Below, piece after piece: positions 1-8,295 of a DNA stretch of 64,000 nt. How positions within the stretch are numbered: position 1 is the first letter of the stretch; each line of letters opens with the position of its first letter. The DNA is from Verrucomicrobiales bacterium (GTDB taxonomy: Bacteria > Verrucomicrobiota > Verrucomicrobiia > Verrucomicrobiales > V1-33), in the NCBI GenBank assembly GCA_965229245.1, contig CBDDIW010000001.1, forward strand, positions 650,372 to 714,371. Direction: 5' to 3'. A program made the position numbers and the translations under genes. The notes beneath the pieces were generated by a model. It worked only from the letters and a program-made list of their open reading frames with translations, was not told the DNA's origin and did no database searches.

Positions 1-428
1 ATGGTGCCGCGCTGCTCAAAGCCCGTGCGCATGAGGTACCGCGCGGACTCGTGCACGCCCACCTTTGCCGTCATACTGCGGATGACGCAGATCTTGTCCG
101 CGATCTTCGCCGTCTCCGGCAGGAAGGAGGTAAGCTGGAAACCGCCGGTGGTATCGATGATGTCCCCCGGGCCTTTGGAGGGGCCGGTCTTGGGATCGAA
201 GCTGTCGATCTGGCTGAGTCCCCCGGAAAGCTGGAGCATGATGACCGCCTTCGCTTTTCCAAAGCCTGGCCCCGCGGCGGCGGAAGCGGGAGTGGCTGGT
301 TTCGCCTCCTCCGCGGCGCTGGAGCGTCCGGGCAGGAAAGGCAGCACGCTGAGACCGAAGGCCGCGCGGGCCGCGCGCTCAATGAAAAGACGGCGGCTGA
401 ATTCGTCGGAATGGCGATGGATGTTCAT
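1..428 (-). CDS. DUF1501-family (sulfatase-like) protein with Tat signal; 3' end truncated by window start
   Basis: Minus-strand translation from ATG at 428..426 gives MNIHRHSDEFSRRLFIERAARAAFGLSVLPFLPG (twin-arginine signal), then a GGLSQIDSFDPK motif typical of DUF1501. It is not in the ORF track because no stop occurs before the window edge. DUF1501 proteins are the usual genomic partners of DUF1549/DUF1553 proteins. Confidence 0.6.
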   Translation of the reverse strand, partial: MNIHRHSDEFSRRLFIERAARAAFGLSVLPFLPGRSSAAEEAKPATPASAAAGPGFGKAKAVIMLQLSGGLSQIDSFDPKTGPSKGPGDIIDTTGGFQLTSFLPETAKIADKICVIRSMTAKVGVHESARYLMRTGFEQRGT

Positions 429-607
429 GACGGCAGAGGGTTGAGTGGCGTTTGTTGGTATTTTCTAAAATCTATTAATTACATTCAGCACCGGACCCGC
501 CGGAGTAAACCACGGTGAAATCCATTTACAGCAAGGCGTGAATTCATTTGATACTATTTTAAAGACGCGGACAGCAACCGGGACGCGTGGTCTTATCAGG
601 TGAATCA

Positions 608-813
608 GGCCCGGAGGGCCGCCGGAAATTAGCCGGTGGCGCAAGCCACCGGAAAGCTGAATAACAAACGCTCACAGCCCCGGAGGGGCGCTGGAATGTT
701 CGTCGCCCCGCATTCCCCAAGGGTTTCCATCGCCCCTGCCGGGGCTCCGAATCACTTGACGGAAGGTTCCGGTGGCTTGCGCCACCGGCTAATTTCCATC
801 GGCCCTCCGGGCC
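608..813. repeat. 206-bp element bounded by a 47-bp near-perfect inverted repeat (45/47); each arm holds a CCGGTGGC-GCAA-GCCACCGG hairpin with a GNRA tetraloop
   Basis: Left arm 608..654 is ggcccggagggccgccggaaattagccggtggcgcaagccaccggaa. The reverse complement of right arm 767..813 is identical except gccgcc versus gccgat. The element lies in the 450-bp gap between the DUF1549/DUF1553 gene and the DUF1501 gene. Confidence 0.7.
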
Positions 814-879
814 TTGCTCGTCCCTGACCTTCTCACGGACCATATAAGTTTCCTGTATATATTACCGGCTTTCCGGTAT

Positions 880-3033
880 TTATTGTATGAAAAGGAATTC
901 CCGGGAGTTGAGCAGCACCCAGGCGAGATCCGCCACCTCCATGCCGCTCTGGAGGGCGGCGGTGAATTTCCCGCGCTCCTGGTCCGAGGGCGGTCGGGCG
1001 AGGAAGGAATGGTAAAGCGAGTCCACCTTTTCCCCGGGCGTGCCGGCCTTCACGGCGGCGGCGAGGGCGGTGGAGCCACCGGTAATGACGGACTGCGCGG
1101 GGCCGTTCATGAGGCTGAGCATCTGCGGCACGCTGCCGTCCGTGGTGCTGGTATTCGACACCAGGCGGTCGCTCTGGCCGAAGAGGCGCAGGAAGTGATT
1201 CTCCGGCGCGGGCTGCGGCAGTTCCGAGGCCCGGGCGAGCACCAGTCCGGAGCGCACCAGCGGCTTCCCTCCTTCGTAAAAGACGGCCAGCGCGCGTGGA
1301 TTGATCTTGCCACCACCCTTTCCACCACCACCCGCGCCCCGCAGGGGACGGCCGCTGGAGCGCATCTCTTCGATCATCTTTTGCACGCTGGCGGCATTGA
1401 TCTCATTGGAGGCCAGCACGGTCTGGCGCAGGTCGTCCCCGCGGCGCAGCAGGCATTCATCGATGTCCGTGCCGGAGGCCAGGGTGAGGATGGAATCCCA
1501 TGCCTGCTCCGCGCTCATGCGGCGCAGCACGGGGCCGGGGAAGGCATATTGCTTCGGGTCCTCCGGCATGGGGGAGGGACGGCGCTGATAGGCGGCGGTA
1601 TTGAACAGAATGCGCTGAAACTCCCGCATGTCGAACTTCGCCTGCTTCATGTAAGTGGCGATGAACTGGAGCAGCTCCGGATTGCTCGCGCCCGACAGGT
1701 CATCGAGGTCGGACACCGGCTCCTGCACGGCGAGGCCGAAGGCTTTTTTCCACAACCGGTTCGCGATGGCGGCGGCGAACCGGGGATTGTCCGGATGGGT
1801 CATCCACTTCGCGAATTCATCCCGCAGCGCGGGCGGGTTCCCCAGGTTGATCTTATAAGCGGGACCGGCGGCATCGTTCTTCCCCCACTCGATGAGCGTG
1901 GGCGTGGTGGGCTCGCCGGGTTTGGCGTTCGGATACTTGTAGTCGGCGGGAAACTTGAGCGTGTTCCTCGTGAGGTCCACCAGATCGAAGGCATTGCCCG
2001 AGAGCACCTGATTCACCAGCCCCTTATCCGCCTGGGGAATGGCATCCGACCGCGTGAGGCGCCGGATTTTCCGGTAGGTATCCTCATGGTAGCCATCCGT
2101 GGCCCCGAAGAAGGCGGCCATGTTATAAAAGTCCTTTTGCGTCCACTGCGCGAAGGGGTGGTCATGGCACTGGGCGCAGGAGACATCCGCGCCAAGGAAG
2201 GTGGTGAGCAGATTCGAGACGCCATCCAGCGGCATCTGGGCGTCCCGCAGGAGGAAGCCGGACGCGCCATTCGTGTTCAGTTTGCCATCGGCCGTCAGCA
2301 TGTCCCGCACCATGGCATCCCACGGACGGTTCATGGCGATCTGGTCTTTCAGCCAGTCCTCGTAGAGATACGCCTTCGCGCCGCGACCGTAGTCGTCCTT
2401 CACCCGGAGCATGTCCGCCAGCCAGTTGAACATGTGCATGGTGTAGCCCGGGGAGTTGAGGAGCTGGTCGATCAGCACCGCGCGCTTGTCAGGAGCCTTG
2501 TCCGCCAGGAAGGTCTCCGCCTCGCGGTCCGTGGGGATGCGCCCGATGGCGTCCAGATACACGCGGCGGGCGAAGGTGGCATCGTCCGCCGGGGCGTTGG
2601 CGGCCATGTTGTTTTTCTTCAACGCGGCATCCACGGACTCATCCAGACGCGCGGCGGCTTTGGCGATGACCTCCCGGCTGAGCGGCGGGCGCGGCAGGAG
2701 GGACTTGCAGGCGAGCGCGAACTTCCGGTCCTCCGCGCCCAGCCGGGCCAAGGGAAAGCGGGAGGTCTTCCCGTCCTTTCCCTCCACGGTGAGGATGCCG
2801 TTTTCCAGGGCGAGGAATTTTGCCTCCACCGTGGCCCCTTCGGAGTCCGTCCATGTATGCCAGTCCGCCGCGGCCCCGGCGGGGACGGCCTCGTGATTCG
2901 GCGGCACGGGGCGCGCGGGAGCCTCGCGGGCCGGGCGGTTTCTTTTCCCTTTTTCGGGTGGCGCGGCGATGAGCAGCGCGGGCACCGCCAGGAGGGTGGC
3001 GGCCAGCGTGACGAGGGTATGGGAACGCTTCAT
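880..3033 (-). CDS. PSCyt2/PSD1 (DUF1549/DUF1553) domain protein, exported
   Basis: Contains the CAQCHDHPF motif (DUF1549 cytochrome-like) and a C-terminal LNSREFLF motif (DUF1553). Signal peptide MKRSHTLVTLAATLLAVPALLIAAPP. Start chosen at ATG 3033..3031, internal to the longer listed ORF 880..3255. Confidence 0.85.
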   Translation of the reverse strand: MKRSHTLVTLAATLLAVPALLIAAPPEKGKRNRPAREAPARPVPPNHEAVPAGAAADWHTWTDSEGATVEAKFLALENGILTVEGKDGKTSRFPLARLGAEDRKFALACKSLLPRPPLSREVIAKAAARLDESVDAALKKNNMAANAPADDATFARRVYLDAIGRIPTDREAETFLADKAPDKRAVLIDQLLNSPGYTMHMFNWLADMLRVKDDYGRGAKAYLYEDWLKDQIAMNRPWDAMVRDMLTADGKLNTNGASGFLLRDAQMPLDGVSNLLTTFLGADVSCAQCHDHPFAQWTQKDFYNMAAFFGATDGYHEDTYRKIRRLTRSDAIPQADKGLVNQVLSGNAFDLVDLTRNTLKFPADYKYPNAKPGEPTTPTLIEWGKNDAAGPAYKINLGNPPALRDEFAKWMTHPDNPRFAAAIANRLWKKAFGLAVQEPVSDLDDLSGASNPELLQFIATYMKQAKFDMREFQRILFNTAAYQRRPSPMPEDPKQYAFPGPVLRRMSAEQAWDSILTLASGTDIDECLLRRGDDLRQTVLASNEINAASVQKMIEEMRSSGRPLRGAGGGGKGGGKINPRALAVFYEGGKPLVRSGLVLARASELPQPAPENHFLRLFGQSDRLVSNTSTTDGSVPQMLSLMNGPAQSVITGGSTALAAAVKAGTPGEKVDSLYHSFLARPPSDQERGKFTAALQSGMEVADLAWVLLNSREFLFIQ

Positions 3034-3043
3034 ATCGGGAGTA

Positions 3044-4414
3044 TCAGGGGGCTGAGACAAGGACCCGGAATTCATCCGGATCCGCGGTGGTATGGAGATT
3101 GAAATAAACCCGGCGGCCATCCTTGCTGATGCGGATGAGATCCCGTTCACCGGGCTTCTTCCACTGCTCGATGCCGCGCCGGGGCTTGTCCCGGTAAACC
3201 ACGCGGGGATGCCCGAAGGCTTCGTCCGTGGCGATGAGCCGGGTGCCATTCGCAATGATCCCCAGCACCGGCCGGGAAAAAGTGATGGAGCCGCTGAGGT
3301 CCGTCTCCCGCGGCACGGTGTCCGCGGCGGTGCGGAAAAAAAGGAGGTAGCTGTTCACCCGGCCCCGGCCCGCGAGGGGATAGCCCGCGGCCTCCTTCCG
3401 GCGGCGGTCCATGGGCTTCCCCGGCACGATGTCCACGGCGAGGTCCGCGGCGGGCTTCACCCGCTGGCGCTCCGGCATGAGGAAGATGCGGGTATCGCTC
3501 CGGAAGTCATTCCACCGGTGTTTTTTGCGGGGGATCACGAAGTCCACCAGATTCGACTGTGCCTCCACGCCCATGGTGAGCGGCCACAGATCCTCAAAGC
3601 CGCTGGAGGCCTCCACGGAGGACTGGAGCACGCTGGCGCGCCGGGGATGCGCGATGAGCCGCCCACCCTGCTCCAGGCGCTGCATTTCCCGCGCGCCGGG
3701 GGGCTTCACATCCACCTTCCCCTCCACCACGGAGACGAGCGCCTCGCCATCCTCCCGCACCTCCACGCCAAAGACCGTGCCGCGATCCAGCACCGTGAGC
3801 GCGTCCGTGAGGACGGTGAATCCGGCATCCGGATTCGACACCTGAGCGCTGAGCCGCCCCTCGTGGAGGCGGATGTGGCCGGGGGCCACCACGTCGAACC
3901 TCGCGGGGCCCGCCAGCGTGGCCACCGTGGCATCGTAGGCCATGGTGAGCCGCACCGTGCCGGAGGTCAGGGAATAGGAACCCTCCGCCAGTTGACCGTC
4001 CACCGGTCCCCTGCCCTCCTCCCATTCCGCCACATGCTCATACCCCACCACCGCCAGGCCTTCGGGCACCGGCTTCCCGCCCGGGAGCCAGAGGAAAGTG
4101 AGCAGACCGGCCACGGCCAGGAGCGCCGCGGCGGCGGAACCTGTCCAGAGCAGCCGGGCCCTGGAGCGGACCGGCACGCGCCGACCGGCCACAGGGGTCA
4201 GTTTCCCGCCGGAGTAGGCTTCCCGGCGCAGAAGTTCATTCATGAGCAGGGACCGCGTTTGCAGGTCCGCGAAGACCCGGCGCTTTTCCTCCGAGGCCAG
4301 CATCTCCTGCTCGAAGGCGCGGAGTTCCTTCTCCGGCAGGGTGTCGTCCTGCCAGCGCACCACACGCTGGAGGAAAGCATCATCGTCCATGTCAGGGTCC
4401 GGCTTCATGCTCAT
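3044..4414 (-). CDS. FecR-family transmembrane anti-sigma factor
   Basis: Cytoplasmic N-terminus, one TM helix (LLWTGSAAAALLAVAGLLTFLWL), periplasmic FecR-like domain. Its 4-bp overlap (ATGA) with the upstream ECF sigma gene suggests translational coupling. Confidence 0.75.
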   Translation of the reverse strand: MSMKPDPDMDDDAFLQRVVRWQDDTLPEKELRAFEQEMLASEEKRRVFADLQTRSLLMNELLRREAYSGGKLTPVAGRRVPVRSRARLLWTGSAAAALLAVAGLLTFLWLPGGKPVPEGLAVVGYEHVAEWEEGRGPVDGQLAEGSYSLTSGTVRLTMAYDATVATLAGPARFDVVAPGHIRLHEGRLSAQVSNPDAGFTVLTDALTVLDRGTVFGVEVREDGEALVSVVEGKVDVKPPGAREMQRLEQGGRLIAHPRRASVLQSSVEASSGFEDLWPLTMGVEAQSNLVDFVIPRKKHRWNDFRSDTRIFLMPERQRVKPAADLAVDIVPGKPMDRRRKEAAGYPLAGRGRVNSYLLFFRTAADTVPRETDLSGSITFSRPVLGIIANGTRLIATDEAFGHPRVVYRDKPRRGIEQWKKPGERDLIRISKDGRRVYFNLHTTADPDEFRVLVSAP

Positions 4415-4938
4415 GAGGGCTCACTGGCCAGGCGCTGGCGGACGCAATCGCCCAGGGTTTTATGAATGCGGGCGAGGGCCTGGTAAACGGTCTCCAGTTT
4501 CCGCCCCATGGCCCCGGCCACCCCGGCCCCGGTGCGGCCCTCGAAGTAGCGCAGGCGGATGATCTCCCGGTTGTTCGGCGTCAGGCGGTTCATGCAAGCC
4601 TGGAGCGCCTCCAGGGCCGCGGAGCCCTGCGCGGCCTCGCCCGCGGGCCACACGGGCTCCAGGGCGGCCAGCATTTCCTCGCTGAGCCCCACGGTTTTGC
4701 CATCCCGCGTCCGGAGGACATCGATGGCCCGGTGCCGCCCCGCCACGCGCGCCCAGTTCAGCACATGCAGGGGGGACTCGAATTCCCCGTGCTTTCCCAC
4801 CGCCTTCACACAGACGTCCTGGTAGATGTCCTCCGCGAGGTGAAAGTCCCGCGTGACCGTGGCGATGAACGCCGTGAGCGCGAGGCGTTCACGCAGCAGC
4901 GTGGCGGTGATGTCTTCAGGGGAAAGCATGGGTCTCAC
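4411..4938 (-). CDS. ECF (sigma-70 family, group 4) RNA polymerase sigma factor
   Basis: 175 aa. Region 2 helix (DIYQDVCVKA) and region 4 HTH (REIIRLRYFEGRTGAGVAGAMG). First gene of the sigma, anti-sigma, DUF1549/1553, DUF1501 operon. Confidence 0.85.
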   Translation of the reverse strand: MRPMLSPEDITATLLRERLALTAFIATVTRDFHLAEDIYQDVCVKAVGKHGEFESPLHVLNWARVAGRHRAIDVLRTRDGKTVGLSEEMLAALEPVWPAGEAAQGSAALEALQACMNRLTPNNREIIRLRYFEGRTGAGVAGAMGRKLETVYQALARIHKTLGDCVRQRLASEPS

Positions 4939-5018
4939 TAAATACTACGGGCCCGGCGGGGAATACTCGACATGGAATGAGCCAGGAGGGGAATCCTCCG
5001 AATGAGCCCGAAGGATGA

Positions 5019-5164
5019 GCCCAAGGAGCGGCGACATTCCTGTCGCCGTCGAACTCAGCCGTTTGGTCACTCCTACTCAGAGTAAGAGTAAGAGCAGGAA
5101 CACGAACAGGAGGCACCAAACAGTTGAATCCCACGGCGACAGGAATGTCGCCGCTCCTTGGGGC
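5019..5164. repeat. REPIN (REP doublet forming a hairpin), copy 1
   Basis: Terminal arms cccaaggagcggcgacattcctgtcgccgt (5020..5049) and its perfect reverse complement acggcgacaggaatgtcgccgctccttgggg (5133..5163). Each arm carries the internal palindrome GGCGACA-ttcc-TGTCGCC. Intergenic. Confidence 0.8.
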
Positions 5165-5257
5165 CTAACGGTCGGGTTCAGGCCTGCTCTGCTTTCTATG
5201 GATGCGCGACCTTATAATACCCCTCCCGAGAGACAGGAAGCACGTCGCGTTTCTCCA

Positions 5258-5605
5258 TCACTCCAGCGGCAACTCGCCACCACTGAAATCGAAGCTCGTC
5301 CTCTTCTTCGGCCGCAGTGAATACCGCCCGCCCGCCGCGCGCCGCAGAGGCTCAAAAACCGACTCCGCCCCGGCCATGCGGATTTCACACACCACCTGGA
5401 GGAGCCGCCCGAGTTTCCCTTTGGGAAAGCCGTTGTGCTTGAACCAGATGACATACTCGTCCGGCAGATCGTAGAGCGGCACTCCCTTGGGCGGGTAATG
5501 CTGGGGGCCGTATTTCCCGAACGGCATGTGCCAGCGCCCGATCTCGGCGAGGGCCTCCCCGAGATTTGCCTGCCAGTCTGCCAGAAACGCCGCTTCGTCA
5601 TCCAT
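5258..5605 (-). CDS. conserved hypothetical protein, DUF3820-like
   Basis: 115 aa. The motif MPFGKYGPQHYPPKGVPLYDLPDEYVIWFKHNGFPKGKLGRLL resembles the DUF3820 family; the assignment is from memory only. Confidence 0.4.
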   Translation of the reverse strand: MDDEAAFLADWQANLGEALAEIGRWHMPFGKYGPQHYPPKGVPLYDLPDEYVIWFKHNGFPKGKLGRLLQVVCEIRMAGAESVFEPLRRAAGGRYSLRPKKRTSFDFSGGELPLE

Positions 5606-5666
5606 GGCGGGGATTTTGGCCCTTACAGGAACAAGGGAAAGCGAAAACCCCCACCCCCGGTTACCT

Positions 5667-5996
5667 TCAAGGCAGGCCCGGAAATTCCTCCGCCTTCATA
5701 TAGTCCCGGGCGGCCCGGCGTATTTGTACAATCCAGACAGTGCCATTGAGAACAATAAACAGTATCCGGAACTGGCCCCGTTTTTTCCCGAACAACGCCT
5801 GCCTCAGAGATTTTTCAAGGAGAGCTGCTTCGGGAGCAAAACCAAACCTTTCCGGATCATGCGCCACCGGGCCTTCGATCAATGCAAGAATCCCTTCGAC
5901 CCATTTGGCGGCAAAAATTTCGCTTTCCCCTGCAATCCAATCCGTAATCTCCCTTATCTGACGTGCCGCAATCCGGGTATAAACCAGTTTGCTCAC
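5667..5996 (-). CDS. type II toxin-antitoxin system toxin, ParE/RelE family
   Basis: 109 aa with a ParE-like hydrophobic pattern (YMKAEEF, RILFIVLNGTVWIVQIRRAARDY). The 4-bp overlap with the upstream antitoxin gene is the classic TA arrangement. Confidence 0.65.
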   Translation of the reverse strand: MSKLVYTRIAARQIREITDWIAGESEIFAAKWVEGILALIEGPVAHDPERFGFAPEAALLEKSLRQALFGKKRGQFRILFIVLNGTVWIVQIRRAARDYMKAEEFPGLP

Positions 5997-6295
5997 ATTT
6001 TCCGTCCCGGGATTGCTTTTTTCACACGCCCACGAAGCCCGGCATGAACAGATTCGGCATTCTCTCCCTCTCCCGCCTCCGCCTCCTCCAGACTTTTCCT
6101 GATCTCTGCCAGACTCTGCTGCCGGTCAAGAAGCGCGGCCATCTCTTCATACTGCTTCGCTCCAATGACCACACAACGGGCACGGCCATTCACGGTAAGT
6201 ACCGATGCCCTGCCTGTTTTGTTCACCCGGTCCACGGTGGCCCGCGCATTGCGCTGGAAATCAGAAAGTGATTGAATGTCCTCCAGATGAATCAT
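5993..6295 (-). CDS. type II antitoxin, Phd/YefM family
   Basis: 100 aa. N-terminal SLSDFQRNARATVDRVNKTGRASVLTVNGRARCVVIGAKQYEEM matches the Phd/YefM fold signature, with an acidic C-terminal tail. Confidence 0.65.
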   Translation of the reverse strand: MIHLEDIQSLSDFQRNARATVDRVNKTGRASVLTVNGRARCVVIGAKQYEEMAALLDRQQSLAEIRKSLEEAEAGEGENAESVHAGLRGRVKKAIPGRKM

Positions 6296-6314
6296 ACTCC
6301 TGCAGTTAATTTAC

Positions 6315-7283
6315 ATGAAATTTACTGCTCCTCCCGGTCCATGTCAACTCACGGTTAGCCCTGGCGGATTCCCCCGCCGCGGATTTCTCACCGGGCTCGC
6401 GACCGTGGCCGCGGGGCTCCGGTTCTCCCGGGCGGCGGCCCCGGCCATGGATCCCGCGGACTGGGTGTTCATCGATAACGGCGAGGTCCGCCTGGGCGTG
6501 AAGCAGTCCAGCGGCGCGGGCATCGGGTGGCTCTCGGCGTCCGGGGCCGGGGAAAATCTGCTGGATCACTTCGACCACGGGCGCTTCATCCAGCAGAGTT
6601 ACTACGGGCACACGGACGGTTCCGTGTGGGTGGACAAGCCATGGCGCTGGAATCCCGTGCAGGGCGGCGATTACAAAGGGAACGCTTCCCAGCTTCTGGA
6701 AATCACCAGCGACAAAACCACGCTCCACTCCCGCGTCCACCCGCGGAACTGGGCAGGAGGCCAATTGCTGACGGACTGCGAAATGGAACAGCACATCCGC
6801 CTGGAGGGCAAGGTGGCGATCGTGAAATTCCGGTTCCGTTATAACGGGAAAGGATCGCACCCGGAGATTCATCACGAGGTGCCCGCCACGTTCCTGAATC
6901 CCGCCCTGGGCACGCTGGTCATCTATGAAGGCGACAAGCCGTGGACGAACGGAGAGCTGAAGCGCTCCACACCCGGCTGGCCTAACGAAAGCCGCAGGAT
7001 CCCGGAATCCTGGGCCGCGTATGTGAATGACAAGGACACGGGGGTGGGCGTCTTCGTGCCCATCGCGAAGGAACTCACCTGTTACCGCTACGGAGCGAAC
7101 CCCAAAGCACCCGCCGCGTGCTCCTACTTCGCGCCCCTGGTGAAATTCGCCATCACGCCGGGGGTGGATTTCAGCTATGAAGCGGTGCTTGCGACCGGCA
7201 CGCCCGCGGAGATGCGTGCCACCTTCGCAAAGCTCAAGGATTCCCTCACCGGCAAGCTCCCGGAGACTCCCGCCGCGAAATAA
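6315..7283 (+). CDS. Tat-secreted hypothetical protein
   Basis: Twin-arginine signal (RRGFLTGLATVAAGL) followed by a soluble domain with no motif I recognise. Confidence 0.55.
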   Translation: MKFTAPPGPCQLTVSPGGFPRRGFLTGLATVAAGLRFSRAAAPAMDPADWVFIDNGEVRLGVKQSSGAGIGWLSASGAGENLLDHFDHGRFIQQSYYGHTDGSVWVDKPWRWNPVQGGDYKGNASQLLEITSDKTTLHSRVHPRNWAGGQLLTDCEMEQHIRLEGKVAIVKFRFRYNGKGSHPEIHHEVPATFLNPALGTLVIYEGDKPWTNGELKRSTPGWPNESRRIPESWAAYVNDKDTGVGVFVPIAKELTCYRYGANPKAPAACSYFAPLVKFAITPGVDFSYEAVLATGTPAEMRATFAKLKDSLTGKLPETPAAK

Positions 7284-7299
7284 CCCCGCCCCCCATGGC

Positions 7300-8016
7300 A
7301 TGACCGTCACGCTTTTCATTCCCTGTTTTATCGATGCCCTCTACCCCCAGGCGGGGATCAGTATGGTGACCATTCTCGAAGAGCTGGGGCATACCGTGGA
7401 TTTCCCCGGGGAACTGGCCTGCTGCGGGCAGCCGCCGTTCAATTCCGGCTACTGGGACGAAGCCCGGGAGGTCGCGCGCCCGGCACTGCGGCGGCTGGAA
7501 AAGGCGGAGGCCGTGGTGATCGGCAGCGGATCCTGCGGGGCGATGCTGAAGGTGTTTTACAAGGAACTCTTCGCCGGGCAGCCGGAGGAGGCCCAGGCAA
7601 AGGCGCTGTCCGCGAAGACCTGGGAGTTCTCGGATTTCCTCGTCACCCGTCTGGGCGTCACGGACTTGGGGGCCACCTTCGAGCGCCGGGTGACGTTCCA
7701 CGATGGCTGCCACGGCCTGCGGGAACTGAAGACGAAATCCCAGCCCCGCGCGTTGCTGAAGCACGTGCGCGGTCTGGAGCTCGTGGAGATGGCGGAGGCC
7801 GAGACCTGTTGCGGCTTCGGCGGCACCTTTGCCACGAAGTATGCCGGCATCTCCACCGCCATGGGCGAGGTGAAATGCGCCAGCGCCGCGGAGACGGGCG
7901 CGGATGTCATCGTGAGCAACGACTCCAGTTGCCTCATGCACCTCCAGGGCTTGCTGGACCGCCAGGGCCGCCCCATCCGGACAATGCACCTGGCGGAAGT
8001 GCTGGCCCAGCGATAA
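7300..8016 (+). CDS. lutA: lactate utilization protein A (LutA, CCG-domain Fe-S oxidoreductase)
   Basis: Two cysteine-rich CCG motifs (ACCGQPPFNSG and CCGFGGTFATKY). Start ATG 7300, internal to the listed 7177..8016 ORF. Followed by lutB and lutC. Confidence 0.8.
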   Translation: MTVTLFIPCFIDALYPQAGISMVTILEELGHTVDFPGELACCGQPPFNSGYWDEAREVARPALRRLEKAEAVVIGSGSCGAMLKVFYKELFAGQPEEAQAKALSAKTWEFSDFLVTRLGVTDLGATFERRVTFHDGCHGLRELKTKSQPRALLKHVRGLELVEMAEAETCCGFGGTFATKYAGISTAMGEVKCASAAETGADVIVSNDSSCLMHLQGLLDRQGRPIRTMHLAEVLAQR

Positions 8017-8025
8017 GCTCCCAGG

Positions 8026-8295
8026 ATGAAAACCCCGCCGGAAACAAACGCTTTCCCCGTCACTCCCGAAGAATGGCGCGCGCGTGCCGAAGCCATGCTG
8101 GAGCCGGAACAGTTTTACTGGTTGTTTCTTTCCATGGACGAACGGGCCGCCGCCATGGATGACGTCTTCCGGGACTATCAACTCATGGGCGGCTCGCTGG
8201 ATCCGGATCCCGATCCGCAGAGCCCCTTCTGGAGCCGGGAGGAACTGGAGGAGTTTGCCCGGAGTCATGGAACCACGATCCGGAATCCCTCATGA
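8026..8295 (+). CDS. small hypothetical protein (89 aa)
   Basis: ORF closely linked between lutA and the next gene, with a 4-bp overlap downstream. No recognisable motif. Confidence 0.35.
   Translation: MKTPPETNAFPVTPEEWRARAEAMLEPEQFYWLFLSMDERAAAMDDVFRDYQLMGGSLDPDPDPQSPFWSREELEEFARSHGTTIRNPS

Noticed and set aside
814-3102. 762-aa plus-strand ORF rich in Gly, Arg and Ala
   Set aside because: It is fully antisense to the well-supported DUF1549/DUF1553 gene and its low-complexity composition is typical of GC-driven shadow ORFs. The same reasoning applies to 12751..14628 (+), 19161..20786 (-), 22187..24868 (-), 24920..26302 (-), 26368..27828 (-), 30972..33098 (-), 34055..35824 (+), 48653..51202 (-), 52652..57463 (-), 6306..7319 (-), 7246..8268 (-), 8908..10119 (-) and 10862..11554 (-).
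5076-5098. Shared short motif TCCTACTC..AGAGTAAGA between the REPIN-1 spacer and 62897..62918
   Set aside because: Only about 18 matching positions with an indel. This could be a degenerate repeat but is too short and imperfect to call without a genome-wide search.
5015-5320. Small ORFs overlapping REPIN copies (for example 5015..5320, 22218..22448, 33341..33550)
   Set aside because: They are created by the palindromic repeat sequence itself and have no RBS or coding signal. They are repeat-derived artefacts.
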